Assembly: GCA_027365725.1 (NCBI GenBank)
Contig: DAHXMA010000012.1
Location: 50,488-114,487, forward strand
Direction: 5' to 3'
Length of the DNA stretch: 64,000 nt
Origin: Candidatus Micrarchaeota archaeon
GTDB lineage: Archaea > Micrarchaeota > Micrarchaeia > Micrarchaeales > CABMGC01
The translations under genes were made by a program, and so were the position numbers. How positions within the stretch are numbered: the first letter of the stretch is position 1; each line of letters begins with the position of its first letter. Below are positions 8,019-16,721 of the stretch, piece after piece. Below the pieces are notes generated by a model. It did no database searches. It saw only the letters and a list, made by a program, of their open reading frames with translations, and was not told where the DNA came from.

Positions 8019-8889
8019 TTTGAAGGGCATAGTTTATACAAAAAAAGGAAATGATGCAAAGGAAGTTTTGTCAAAGATACGCAGATCTGATGCCTTGTTC
8101 GTGGACAAGGACGGCGTAATAGCGGACATCTCAGAATTGCTGTACATAAACAGGAGGCTTGGGTTTGAGGCAAATAACATGAAGTTTGAATACAGCAAGG
8201 AAACAAATTACATGCTTGGCGGAATTGGCGATAGGCATTTTGGCATATTGCAATCGACTCTTGCGTTCATAGCTTTCGACAGGCTCTTTGACAGCAAGCT
8301 CCGCAATAGGCCTGGAGCACATTCTAAGGATAGAGAATTTCAGGATATAATAAGGTCTAGCAATCCGGAGGATGTGATAGGCGATTTGATAAGGGGGCAT
8401 ACGTCTGCAGCAGACATCGAGCTAGCGGAGAGGATAAGACTATGGGACAACGGCGCGTTCTTCTCTTCTGATGAATCTGGAATTTATGTAAAACCGCACC
8501 GCGGGGCCAAGGAGGCATTATTTGGGCTCATTGATATGTACAAGGGGAAGGCAGGCATAGTTACAAACACTTATTCGAGCAAGGCAGCTGAACGGGATTT
8601 GCGCGCGTGCGGGTTTTCTGAAACTGAGCTGAAATCTGTTATAATTGTTTATGGTGCAAAAAAACCTTTGCCTGACGGGATCTTGAAGGCCGCTGGGATT
8701 GTGGGGGCGCGAGCCGAACAGTCTGTTTACGTTGGAGATTCGGTAATAGACCTGCGGGCCGCTAGAAACGCTGGCTCTTTGCCTGTTGGTGTTACTGGGG
8801 GTATGGGAACTCTGGGGCTGCTAAAATCTGAGAGGCCTGACATTATTTTGGATGGGCTGGAAAGTCTGCACATGGCGCTAAGGAAATAA
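7999..8889 (+). CDS. HAD-superfamily hydrolase (phosphatase-like) with large cap insertion
   Basis: Motif I FVDKDGVI, motif II GIVTNT, K in GAKKPLPDG, motif IV VGDSVIDLRAARNAG. The ATG at 7999 is preceded by aaggagag and overlaps the Fic stop (8016-8018) by 20 nt. Confidence 0.7.
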   Translation: MELQVDSLKGIVYTKKGNDAKEVLSKIRRSDALFVDKDGVIADISELLYINRRLGFEANNMKFEYSKETNYMLGGIGDRHFGILQSTLAFIAFDRLFDSKLRNRPGAHSKDREFQDIIRSSNPEDVIGDLIRGHTSAADIELAERIRLWDNGAFFSSDESGIYVKPHRGAKEALFGLIDMYKGKAGIVTNTYSSKAAERDLRACGFSETELKSVIIVYGAKKPLPDGILKAAGIVGARAEQSVYVGDSVIDLRAARNAGSLPVGVTGGMGTLGLLKSERPDIILDGLESLHMALRK

Positions 8890-8899
8890 TTTGCTGATT

Positions 8900-10183
8900 T
8901 TACAGAATGTCTGAAAGCCGCACCATCGCAAGTGGCACAAGCATCTCGTTTTCGCTTAGTCCGCCGTGGACTCCTTTTAGCTTTGGCTTCCTTCCTTTGA
9001 CATGTTCATACCAGATCAGCTCTCCTTCCCGCGGAAGCATTATTATGTCTCCTATCCTGTCAAGGAACTTTTGGCTTGGGCGCGAGGTGCCAAAAAGCCC
9101 CATGCGCACTGCGTCCTTTGAATACAGCACGCGCGCCTTGCCACTGAATTTTTTTGAAAGGTGCTCGTAGGCGTCTTTAAGATGACGCGGGTCTATGTGA
9201 AGGAATATGTTTCTTGGGCTGCCTGTGGGAAGGACCTTGCTTCCGTTATCCGAAGCCAAGTACCTGTGCAGTTTCCTATCAGAATTAAGGTATATCACCT
9301 TGTTTGGATAGAACATCGTGTGGCCATGGTCTGCCGTTATCATTATAAGGGTCTCTTTCGCCGCACGCCGTGATACCTTCTTTACCAGCTCCTGCTCAAA
9401 GGCCTCTGACACTGAAAGTATCTCGGCCCTGGACTCTTCGCTGAACGGCCCAAAGGCATGCGTGCTTTTGTCTATGCTGTCCGCATACATGTGTATATAT
9501 GCTCTGCTCTCTGAGGCTATCTTCTCCCTAAGGCGTATTACGCCGTCTGAAAGCTTGAGGTATGGTACTATTGAGCTTCCCCGCTTTGTGAGGCCAGTGT
9601 ATGCACTGCCGGAGATGTCCCGGCTCAGGATGGTGAATGACCTAACCTTGTGCTTCCTTAGGTGCTGGTATATGGTGCTTCCTTTATATAGGATGCTTGC
9701 ATTGAACCCAAGCTCTGTAAGCTCCGTCTTGCTTTTGTTTATAAATGAAGTGAATGGCAGGGAGTTTACTATCATCTTTATTTCTTTAAGATATACTATC
9801 CATTCCGGGAGCCCATGAGCTGCGGGTTCAAGCCCGGTGCTTATCGATGTTATGGCGACTGCGGTTGTTGATGGAAACGTGCTTGTTATTGGTATTACTA
9901 TGCCTTTTTTTGATATCCTCCCGAAAAAGCTTGCCGTATCGTTTGAATCAAGCCACATTTTGTAGCCAAATCCGTCAAGGAGTATGAGCACCACCTTTTT
10001 GATGCCTTTTAGGTTTATTCTTTTAGAATACAAACTCTCATCTATTGGGATCCCTTTTGGATTGACGCCGAGCAGGCTCGCTATCATATGTGGCACGTTT
10101 ACGAGCGACTGTCCGCGATACTTTGGATAAATTGAGTTGAAATTGCGCTTGTCCTTTCGGGGCGTCAGGTTTTTGAGGATCAT
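8900..10183 (-). CDS. Alkaline-phosphatase-superfamily phosphodiesterase / nucleotide pyrophosphatase family protein
   Basis: LILLDGFGYKMW (metal Asp), TSTFPSTTAVAITSISTG (nucleophile Thr region) and ITADHGH are typical of type I phosphodiesterase/NPP (COG1524-like). Confidence 0.7.
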   Translation of the reverse strand: MILKNLTPRKDKRNFNSIYPKYRGQSLVNVPHMIASLLGVNPKGIPIDESLYSKRINLKGIKKVVLILLDGFGYKMWLDSNDTASFFGRISKKGIVIPITSTFPSTTAVAITSISTGLEPAAHGLPEWIVYLKEIKMIVNSLPFTSFINKSKTELTELGFNASILYKGSTIYQHLRKHKVRSFTILSRDISGSAYTGLTKRGSSIVPYLKLSDGVIRLREKIASESRAYIHMYADSIDKSTHAFGPFSEESRAEILSVSEAFEQELVKKVSRRAAKETLIMITADHGHTMFYPNKVIYLNSDRKLHRYLASDNGSKVLPTGSPRNIFLHIDPRHLKDAYEHLSKKFSGKARVLYSKDAVRMGLFGTSRPSQKFLDRIGDIIMLPREGELIWYEHVKGRKPKLKGVHGGLSENEMLVPLAMVRLSDIL

Positions 10184-10302
10184 GTATGTCTAATGTATCA
10201 ATTAGCTTAATATTACTTTTTGGGCGCTGGATTTGGGATGGCCATCTAATTCCAATTTTAGCAAGATTTTTGTTATTTTGCAAGTATTGGGAAACCTTAT
10301 AA

Positions 10303-11358
10303 ATGACTGGGACATCATATCTTATGGTCTCGCAGATAGTCGGGGGAGTTGACGGGGCAGTTTCTAAAAGCCGCTTGCGGGCTGGGGAGTGTCACGTGCC
10401 TGTTGTCAATAAAAAGGACGCTGGAGCGCAGAGGGATCCTTTTTGCGACCCTGATGTAATAAAAAAGCAATATTGGATGGAGAGCGAAAGCTTCAAAGTC
10501 CTGTTTAACAGCAAGGCCCTTACTGCAGGTCATTCCTTGATTATTACAAAGAGGCATGCACTTGGGCTATTGGACCTTGATGCCGATGAGGCAAGAGAAC
10601 TTATGGCGGTTTTAAATGCCTCGCTAAATGTGGTGCTTAAGGAATATAACAACAATGAGCGCAACTATGACTTAAAGATAAGAAGCGGTGAATTCTCTGG
10701 AAGGACAGTTAACCATTTCCATCTGCACATAATACCTAGGAGGAAAGTGCCTGGGCCGGATGGCAATTATTGGTATGAGAATATTTATGAAAAATCATTG
10801 AGGCAGATTGACAGGCCGTTCCTTGACGACATACGCGAAGATGTGAAACGTCTCCGTAGGGGAGCGAGAGGAATTGTTCTGGACAAGGAGCCAGCCGGAT
10901 CTGGAACGCTTGGCAATGGTGTTTTGGCTAGGCCCCTGCGCGATGCGGTTTTCTACGAATCCGAAGGTTTTATTGTTGCTTATAATCCGGCTCCACTGGT
11001 AAGGGGACAGGCCCTTATAATACCTAGGAGAGAAATTAAGGACATATCAGAGCTAAATGCAAATGAAGTGTCTGACTTGATTGGAACTTATGTTGTGTCA
11101 ATGAGGGCCCTGCTTAAGGCTTATGGAGAAGGAAGTCGTTCTTACATAACTTCTATGCAGGTCGGCGGCTATGCCAGGATGCCTACAGATAGGATGCATA
11201 TTCACCTGATACCCAGGTCCAGGAATGATGTGTATTCGGGCCGCGACGATTACATGTATTTTGACATGTATGAAAGCGATAAAAAGGGTGCAGTCATGAC
11301 TGGCAAGGAAGTTTCAGAGGAGGTAAAAAGGCTAAAGCTCTTAATAAGAAGCAGGTAG
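10303..11358 (+). CDS. Tandem HIT (histidine triad) domain protein
   Basis: Two HIT-like halves. The first has a canonical triad (GHSLIITKRH ... VNHFHLHIIPR). The second is degenerate (GQALIIPRRE ... DRMHIHLIPR; the first His is lost). Confidence 0.75.
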   Translation: MTGTSYLMVSQIVGGVDGAVSKSRLRAGECHVPVVNKKDAGAQRDPFCDPDVIKKQYWMESESFKVLFNSKALTAGHSLIITKRHALGLLDLDADEARELMAVLNASLNVVLKEYNNNERNYDLKIRSGEFSGRTVNHFHLHIIPRRKVPGPDGNYWYENIYEKSLRQIDRPFLDDIREDVKRLRRGARGIVLDKEPAGSGTLGNGVLARPLRDAVFYESEGFIVAYNPAPLVRGQALIIPRREIKDISELNANEVSDLIGTYVVSMRALLKAYGEGSRSYITSMQVGGYARMPTDRMHIHLIPRSRNDVYSGRDDYMYFDMYESDKKGAVMTGKEVSEEVKRLKLLIRSR

Positions 11359-11464
11359 CTGCGCCTGCGCCCCTTCTTGTTTTCGATTCTGCAGTAGTAT
11401 ATATTGTGTCTTTTATTATTTTTCCACGTTTAATTAGCATAAAGTTAATAATGCATTTAGGCAA

Positions 11465-12292
11465 ATGTTATTGCTCAATCCTAAAGCAATGATGATTATT
11501 ATGGCAGAAAATACCGGACCAGAGCTACCTAAAAATGCGCACCCGTCAATATTGCAAGTTATAGAGCAGAGAAAGAACATACTGCAAAGGCTGTCCAACA
11601 TAAAGCACAAAATAGGCATATATAGCGCGAAGGGAGGGGTGGGCAAGACTACCGTTTCAGTAAATCTCGCGTATACGCTTAAGGAAATGGGCTTGCGCGT
11701 AGGGCTGCTTGACGCAGACGTTGATTGTCCAAACGTGACAATGTTCCTTGGATTGGAAGGCACGTTCCCTGACGAATATCCGTTGAAGCCCGTAGATAAG
11801 GACGGCCTTAAGGTGCTTTCAACGGCAATGTTCGTTGATGATAAAAACAAGCCGATAATATGGAGGGGACCGATGATAGGCAAGATGGTGAGGGAATTCT
11901 TGGACAACTCTGACTGGGGTGCGCTTGATTACCTCATAATAGACTTGCCTCCTGGCACTAGCGATGCACCATTGTCCATAATACAGCTTCTTGACCTGGA
12001 CGGGTTTGTACTTGTAACAACCCCGCAGCACATAGCCTCAGTAAATACAATACGCTCTGGGCTTATGGCGAAGAGGCTTGGGGTTGCCCTGCTTGGAGTA
12101 GTTGAAACTATGTCCGGGGATTCCCCAAAGGGCGCAGCGGAGGTTGCTTCTGCAATAGGGTGCGATATAATAGGCACAATAAAGGCTAGCAGCAAGTTTG
12201 GTGACCTAAGTGACCGCGGCCTTGTGCCGGTTAAGGAGGATGCCGAGATAAAAGAAGAATTTATAAGCATAGCAAAGAAAATAACAGGTTGA
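11465..12292 (+). CDS. Mrp/NBP35 (ApbC) family P-loop ATPase, Fe-S cluster carrier-like
   Basis: IGIYSAKGGVGKTTVSVNLAYTL...LLDADVDCPN...IIDLPPGTSD. Start is ambiguous (ATGs at 11465, 11492, 11501). Confidence 0.85.
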   Translation: MLLLNPKAMMIIMAENTGPELPKNAHPSILQVIEQRKNILQRLSNIKHKIGIYSAKGGVGKTTVSVNLAYTLKEMGLRVGLLDADVDCPNVTMFLGLEGTFPDEYPLKPVDKDGLKVLSTAMFVDDKNKPIIWRGPMIGKMVREFLDNSDWGALDYLIIDLPPGTSDAPLSIIQLLDLDGFVLVTTPQHIASVNTIRSGLMAKRLGVALLGVVETMSGDSPKGAAEVASAIGCDIIGTIKASSKFGDLSDRGLVPVKEDAEIKEEFISIAKKITG

Positions 12293-12305
12293 ACGCGGTG
12301 GTGAT

Positions 12306-13508
12306 TTGGCAGAGCTTTTTGACGATATATTCAAGGAATCAAAGATATTTGCGAACCGCGAAGTGCTGTCTCCCCATTATGTGCCGCACAATATAATGTT
12401 TAGGGACAAGCAGATGCAGGAGATAGCGAAGTACATGACGCCTTCGCTTAAGGGAGAGCGCGGAAGGAACCTTTTTGTTTACGGAAAGACAGGCACTGGA
12501 AAGACTTCGTGCATAAGAAGCGTGATAGAAAAGGTAAATGGGTTGCCCATATCCAAGGCCAGGATATCTTACATAAACTGCAGAATTTACAATTCGAGAT
12601 ACAGGATAATGAGCAAGATAATAAGCGATTATCTGCCTGCTTATGCAAAGAAGGGATATGGCATTGTTGACATATACGAAAGGGTGATTAATTGGATAGA
12701 GGAGGACGGCAAGATCCTTGTGGTTGTGCTGGATGAAATTGACGTGGTAAAAGACCTTGACGACCTTGTATATACCCTTACTAGAGCTAACGGCGACCTT
12801 AAAATGGGGGGCATTACGATTGTGGGCATATCGAACAAGGTTTCATTCAAAGAAGAGCTAGATCCCAGAAGCCTTTCCACACTTTATGAGAACGACCTTG
12901 CGTTCCCCCCGTACAATTCGAATGAGCTTGCAATGATACTCAAGGACAGGGTAGGCGTAGGGTTCAGGAAGGGGGTTGTTGAGGCGGCTGCAATTAACCT
13001 TGCTGCTGCGCTTGCGGCAAAGGAGAGCGGGGATGCTAGGCTTGCGCTAAAAATAATATCTAAGGCAGGCGAGCTTGCTGAAGAGAGGGGCTACGATATG
13101 GTAACTGCCGAGTGCGTAAGCGATGCTGCAAAATATGCTGACGAGGAAATAGCTTACGAAATAATAAATACCCTGCCCGAGCACCAGCAGCTTATAGTAT
13201 ATGCAATAGCCCTGCTTTCGATGCAGGGCAGCAGGTACAAGAGGCTTAGTGAAGAGGGAGACACCTATCTTTTCAGCGGAGACATCTATGAAAAATATGT
13301 GGCTGTGGCAAACTCACTTAAGAAAGAGCCTAAGAGTTCAAGGTGGTATAGGAAATATATATCTGACCTTGACATGCAGGGCATAATTGTGTCATATGAA
13401 TCTGGGAAGGGGATACGGGGCCATACAAAACTGATAAAGCTCTCGTATCAGGCTGAAAAGATAAAGGAAAGCATAGAGGCTACGCTGTCTAAGGAGGGAT
13501 CTGGTTGA
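12306..13508 (+). CDS. cdc6: Orc1/Cdc6 replication initiator
   Basis: Walker A VYGKTGTGKTSC, Walker B VVVLDEID, and a C-terminal winged helix region. TTG start, 13 nt after the Mrp stop. Confidence 0.9.
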   Translation: MAELFDDIFKESKIFANREVLSPHYVPHNIMFRDKQMQEIAKYMTPSLKGERGRNLFVYGKTGTGKTSCIRSVIEKVNGLPISKARISYINCRIYNSRYRIMSKIISDYLPAYAKKGYGIVDIYERVINWIEEDGKILVVVLDEIDVVKDLDDLVYTLTRANGDLKMGGITIVGISNKVSFKEELDPRSLSTLYENDLAFPPYNSNELAMILKDRVGVGFRKGVVEAAAINLAAALAAKESGDARLALKIISKAGELAEERGYDMVTAECVSDAAKYADEEIAYEIINTLPEHQQLIVYAIALLSMQGSRYKRLSEEGDTYLFSGDIYEKYVAVANSLKKEPKSSRWYRKYISDLDMQGIIVSYESGKGIRGHTKLIKLSYQAEKIKESIEATLSKEGSG

Positions 13509-14701
13509 GGATTGCCATACTTTCTGATTTTCATTTGGGCTACGAGAGGTTCAGGGCTGATGCTTATTCGCAGGCAGAAGAGGCCATGAGGAAGGCCTCG
13601 GAGATGTCAGACATGATAATTATACCTGGAGACATATTCGACAGCCGCATACCAAAGCCAGATGTCATAGCTGAAGCAATAACCCTTTTCAGGAACCTTT
13701 CAGGAAAGGAGTGGAAGGCAAAGGTAACTGGGTTTATTGGGGACGGGCGCAATTATTCGAATGTGCCAGTAATAGCAATACCTGGCACGCATGAAAGGAG
13801 GGCGCAGGATGCAGCAGACCCGGTGGACATATTGGGCTTGGCTGGGCTGCTTGTGGATGTGAGCAATGCAACTGCTGTTGTTGAGCTGGATGGTGAGCGT
13901 GTAGCTGTGCGGGGAATGGGAGGAATAGCAGACGATAGGTTCAAGGAAGTTGTAAGCGAAGCGAATCCTGGGCCGGTAAGCGGGGCGTTCAACATATTCG
14001 TGTTCCATGAGTCACTATATGAATTGCTTCCTTTCAACAGCAAGTTCATGAAATTCGATGAGCTGCCGGAAGGTTTCGATCTCTACGTAAATGGCCATAT
14101 TCACAGCAGATTTGAGGCAGATGTTCATGGGAAAAAGCTGCTAATCCCAGGAAGCACGGTAATAACTCAGCTTAAGCCTTCGGATCAGGGCAGGAAAGGA
14201 TTTTTTGTGTTTGATACAAAATCCGGAAAATATGAATTTATTGAGATAAATTCAAGGAGATTCGTGATTTCGGAAGTTGATCTCCAGAAGTGCGCCCCTG
14301 AAAGCTATGGGGACGCCTTATCGCACGCAGTAGATGAAGCAATAGGCGGCAAGCCTGACATTCCAATAGTGAGGCTAGTGGTGCCTGGCAATTTCGCGCA
14401 TGCTGAAAATTTTGAATTTGAAATAAGCACTATCCCAAAAAAATATGCAGGCCGTGCGATTGTGGAGGTAGCAAGGTCTCTAGTAAATGGAAAGCTCTTG
14501 GACACGCCCATGAATTCTGTTACTGGGGCTTTTGGGAACATGTCAGTAAAAGACTATGGGATGGGGGTCCTTGCTGATAAAGTGAAAATGCATGGTGTTG
14601 TGTTTGATGCGTTTGGAGCTATAGATCTATTTGAACTCTTGGGCCTTGACGAGCCTAGAGAACGGGTGGTTGAGCTTGCCCTTGAAAAGATGTTCGGTTA
14701 A
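13505..14701 (+). CDS. Mre11/SbcD-like calcineurin-fold phosphoesterase (putative DNA repair nuclease)
   Basis: MRIAILSDFHLGY, IIPGDIFD, IPGTHE (variant of GNHD), VFHE, NGHIH. TTG start overlaps the cdc6 stop (TTGA at 13505-13508). No Rad50 follows. Confidence 0.7.
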   Translation: MRIAILSDFHLGYERFRADAYSQAEEAMRKASEMSDMIIIPGDIFDSRIPKPDVIAEAITLFRNLSGKEWKAKVTGFIGDGRNYSNVPVIAIPGTHERRAQDAADPVDILGLAGLLVDVSNATAVVELDGERVAVRGMGGIADDRFKEVVSEANPGPVSGAFNIFVFHESLYELLPFNSKFMKFDELPEGFDLYVNGHIHSRFEADVHGKKLLIPGSTVITQLKPSDQGRKGFFVFDTKSGKYEFIEINSRRFVISEVDLQKCAPESYGDALSHAVDEAIGGKPDIPIVRLVVPGNFAHAENFEFEISTIPKKYAGRAIVEVARSLVNGKLLDTPMNSVTGAFGNMSVKDYGMGVLADKVKMHGVVFDAFGAIDLFELLGLDEPRERVVELALEKMFG

Positions 14702-16086
14702 TTAGGGGCGTTCTTCCTGTATTCCGCGTATTTAAGCAGCTGCGAGAGAGAGTGGACGGCCGCATATGGGGAATCGTATACAGGCAGGCCGGAGCTTTCC
14801 ATCATTATCTTGTGCATTCTTGTATAATCTGCCCCTATGCTGAGCACTATTAGTGGCTTTTCTGATTTTTCCTTGAAATTTATGAGCTTGGCGGCAACGC
14901 TTGAGTCTGCCCCTGGGGTTTGGAAGAGACATATGGCCAAAATTGAATCAATAGAGTCATCTGAATTGAAAACGGACAGAGCTTCTTCATATCTTTGGCT
15001 GCCTGCATCCCCTGCAAGGTCAAGCGGGTTCCTTATGTTTACAAGGGGTGGGAGATTGCGCCGGAGCGTTGTTTTGGATTTGTCTGATATTTCTGCGAGC
15101 TTGAGCGTGCCGGACATGCCAATCTCATCTGATGCTAGCACCCCTATCCCACCTCCGTTTGTTATGATTCCTACCCTGTTTCCCTTGGGAAAAGGCTCCG
15201 AATTGAAAATTTTGGCGTAGTTTAGCATGTCGCTTATGTCCTCTGCTATTGTAAACCCGAATTGCCTGAATACTGCTTCGTGGTCTTCGTAGCTGCCTGC
15301 TAGGGCCGCCGTGTGTGAATGGGCCGCGGCCTGCCCGGCAGAAGTCCTGCCTCCTTTTAGCACTATAACTGGCTTTTTGCGCGTTACCCGCCTTGCGGTT
15401 TCTATGAATGCTCTGCCTCTTTTTATGCCTTCAATGTACATTATTATTACTTTTGTGTCTGGGTCGTCGGCAAGGAAGTTTAGCAGGTCTACTTCGTCAA
15501 CCTGAGCCGCGTTGCCGTAAGAGATGAATTTAGAGAGCCCAAAGCCCTCTCCGGCTATAAGATCAAGAACTGTGCTGCCAACCGCCCCGCTTTGGCACAG
15601 GAAGCTTACGCCGCCGACCTGTGGCCTGCTAAGTTTGTATGTCGGCAGGAAAAGTGTGTCTATCCTTGACCTTGGGTCCATTACCCCGAGGCAGTTTGGG
15701 CCAAGGGTTGGCATGTTATATTTGTCTGCTATTGATTTAAGCTGCTCCTGCAGGTCCACGTTTCCTATCTCAGCGAATCCGCCACTTACAACTATGGTTG
15801 TTTTAACGCGAGCTTTGCCGCATTCCTCAAGTGTTTCTGGCACGAATTTGGCAGGTATTGCTATTACAGCAAGGTCTATGGTGTCTTTTATTTTAAGCAC
15901 GCTTTCATAGCATTTTATGCCCATGACTTCGGTTGCATTTTTGTTTACAGCGTATATCCTACCGGAATATCCGGCATTTAAATAATTCTGGAGTATTACG
16001 TGGCCTACTTTTCCAGGATCCCTAGAGGCGCCTATAATTGCTACGGATCGCGGTTTGAGCATTGGTGTAAGGTCCATTTTTGCCAT
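14698..16086 (-). CDS. acdA: Acetyl-CoA synthetase (ADP-forming), alpha subunit (CoA-binding + CoA-ligase domains)
   Basis: LKPRSVAIIGASRDPGKVGHVILQNY ... LGPNCLG ... SQSGA. Start taken at MAKMDL (16086), just downstream of the beta subunit stop. Confidence 0.8.
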   Translation of the reverse strand: MAKMDLTPMLKPRSVAIIGASRDPGKVGHVILQNYLNAGYSGRIYAVNKNATEVMGIKCYESVLKIKDTIDLAVIAIPAKFVPETLEECGKARVKTTIVVSGGFAEIGNVDLQEQLKSIADKYNMPTLGPNCLGVMDPRSRIDTLFLPTYKLSRPQVGGVSFLCQSGAVGSTVLDLIAGEGFGLSKFISYGNAAQVDEVDLLNFLADDPDTKVIIMYIEGIKRGRAFIETARRVTRKKPVIVLKGGRTSAGQAAAHSHTAALAGSYEDHEAVFRQFGFTIAEDISDMLNYAKIFNSEPFPKGNRVGIITNGGGIGVLASDEIGMSGTLKLAEISDKSKTTLRRNLPPLVNIRNPLDLAGDAGSQRYEEALSVFNSDDSIDSILAICLFQTPGADSSVAAKLINFKEKSEKPLIVLSIGADYTRMHKIMMESSGLPVYDSPYAAVHSLSQLLKYAEYRKNAPN

Positions 16087-16090
16087 ATTT

Positions 16091-16708
16091 TCACGTTTTG
16101 AGTATGCGAATATCAACGGCTTCGTAGCTTCCTTCGTGCACAACTATTGGGTTTAGGTCAACTTCTGTTATGCTTTCATTAGCCTGCAGCAGGGCTGACA
16201 TTGACATAAGTAGATTTTCGATCATTTTTCTGTTTTTGCCCTGATGCGTTATTACATCGCGCGATCTGAGCTGGTCTATCATGGCCGTGGCGTCGTATTT
16301 TGTTATTGGAACGGACCGTATTGCGAAATCCCTGAAAGCTTCAACATATATGCCCCCGAGCCCGATCAGGATCATCTTGCCGAATTGCTCGTCTGTCTTG
16401 CCTCCAAGTATTATTTCAATGCCGGGTTCAGACATTTTCTGGGCTATTATTTTGTATGGCTTTAGACTTGCCCCTTTTATCAAAAGTTCAGAATATGCTC
16501 TTGGTATTTGGTTTCCTTTGAGCCCAAGCTTAACCAGCCCCGCTTTGGATTTATGCAGCGCCTTTGAGGATATGAGTTTTAATACGATTGCGCCCCCAGA
16601 TGCGAATTCTGCGGCTTCGTCTTTTGAAGCCACATATCTGCTTTCTGCGCTTTTAATATGGTATCGATCCAATATGCGCTTTCCATCAAAATAGTCCAAT
16701 AATTCCAA
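16091..16708 (-). CDS. acdB: Acetyl-CoA synthetase (ADP-forming), beta subunit (ATP-grasp)
   Basis: ATP-grasp_5-type sequence (IVLKLISSKALHKSKAGLVKLGL ... GIEIILGGKTDEQFG ... DLNPI) immediately upstream of the alpha subunit. Confidence 0.75.
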   Translation of the reverse strand: MELLDYFDGKRILDRYHIKSAESRYVASKDEAAEFASGGAIVLKLISSKALHKSKAGLVKLGLKGNQIPRAYSELLIKGASLKPYKIIAQKMSEPGIEIILGGKTDEQFGKMILIGLGGIYVEAFRDFAIRSVPITKYDATAMIDQLRSRDVITHQGKNRKMIENLLMSMSALLQANESITEVDLNPIVVHEGSYEAVDIRILKT

Positions 16709-16721
16709 TTAATTACCATTT

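Noticed and set aside
12293-12305. An oriC (AT-rich DUE plus ORB repeats) expected next to orc1/cdc6.
   Set aside because: Only 13 nt separate cdc6 from the upstream gene, and its 3' end overlaps the next gene. No space or repeats for an origin exist here.
13505-14701. Interpretation of the cdc6-linked phosphoesterase as the PolD small subunit (DP1), by analogy with the Pyrococcus cdc6-dp1-dp2 arrangement.
   Set aside because: The N-terminal motif order (DFHLG, GDIFD, GTHE, NGHIH), the 398-aa size and the lack of an OB-fold N-terminus fit Mre11/SbcD better. No DP2 gene follows.
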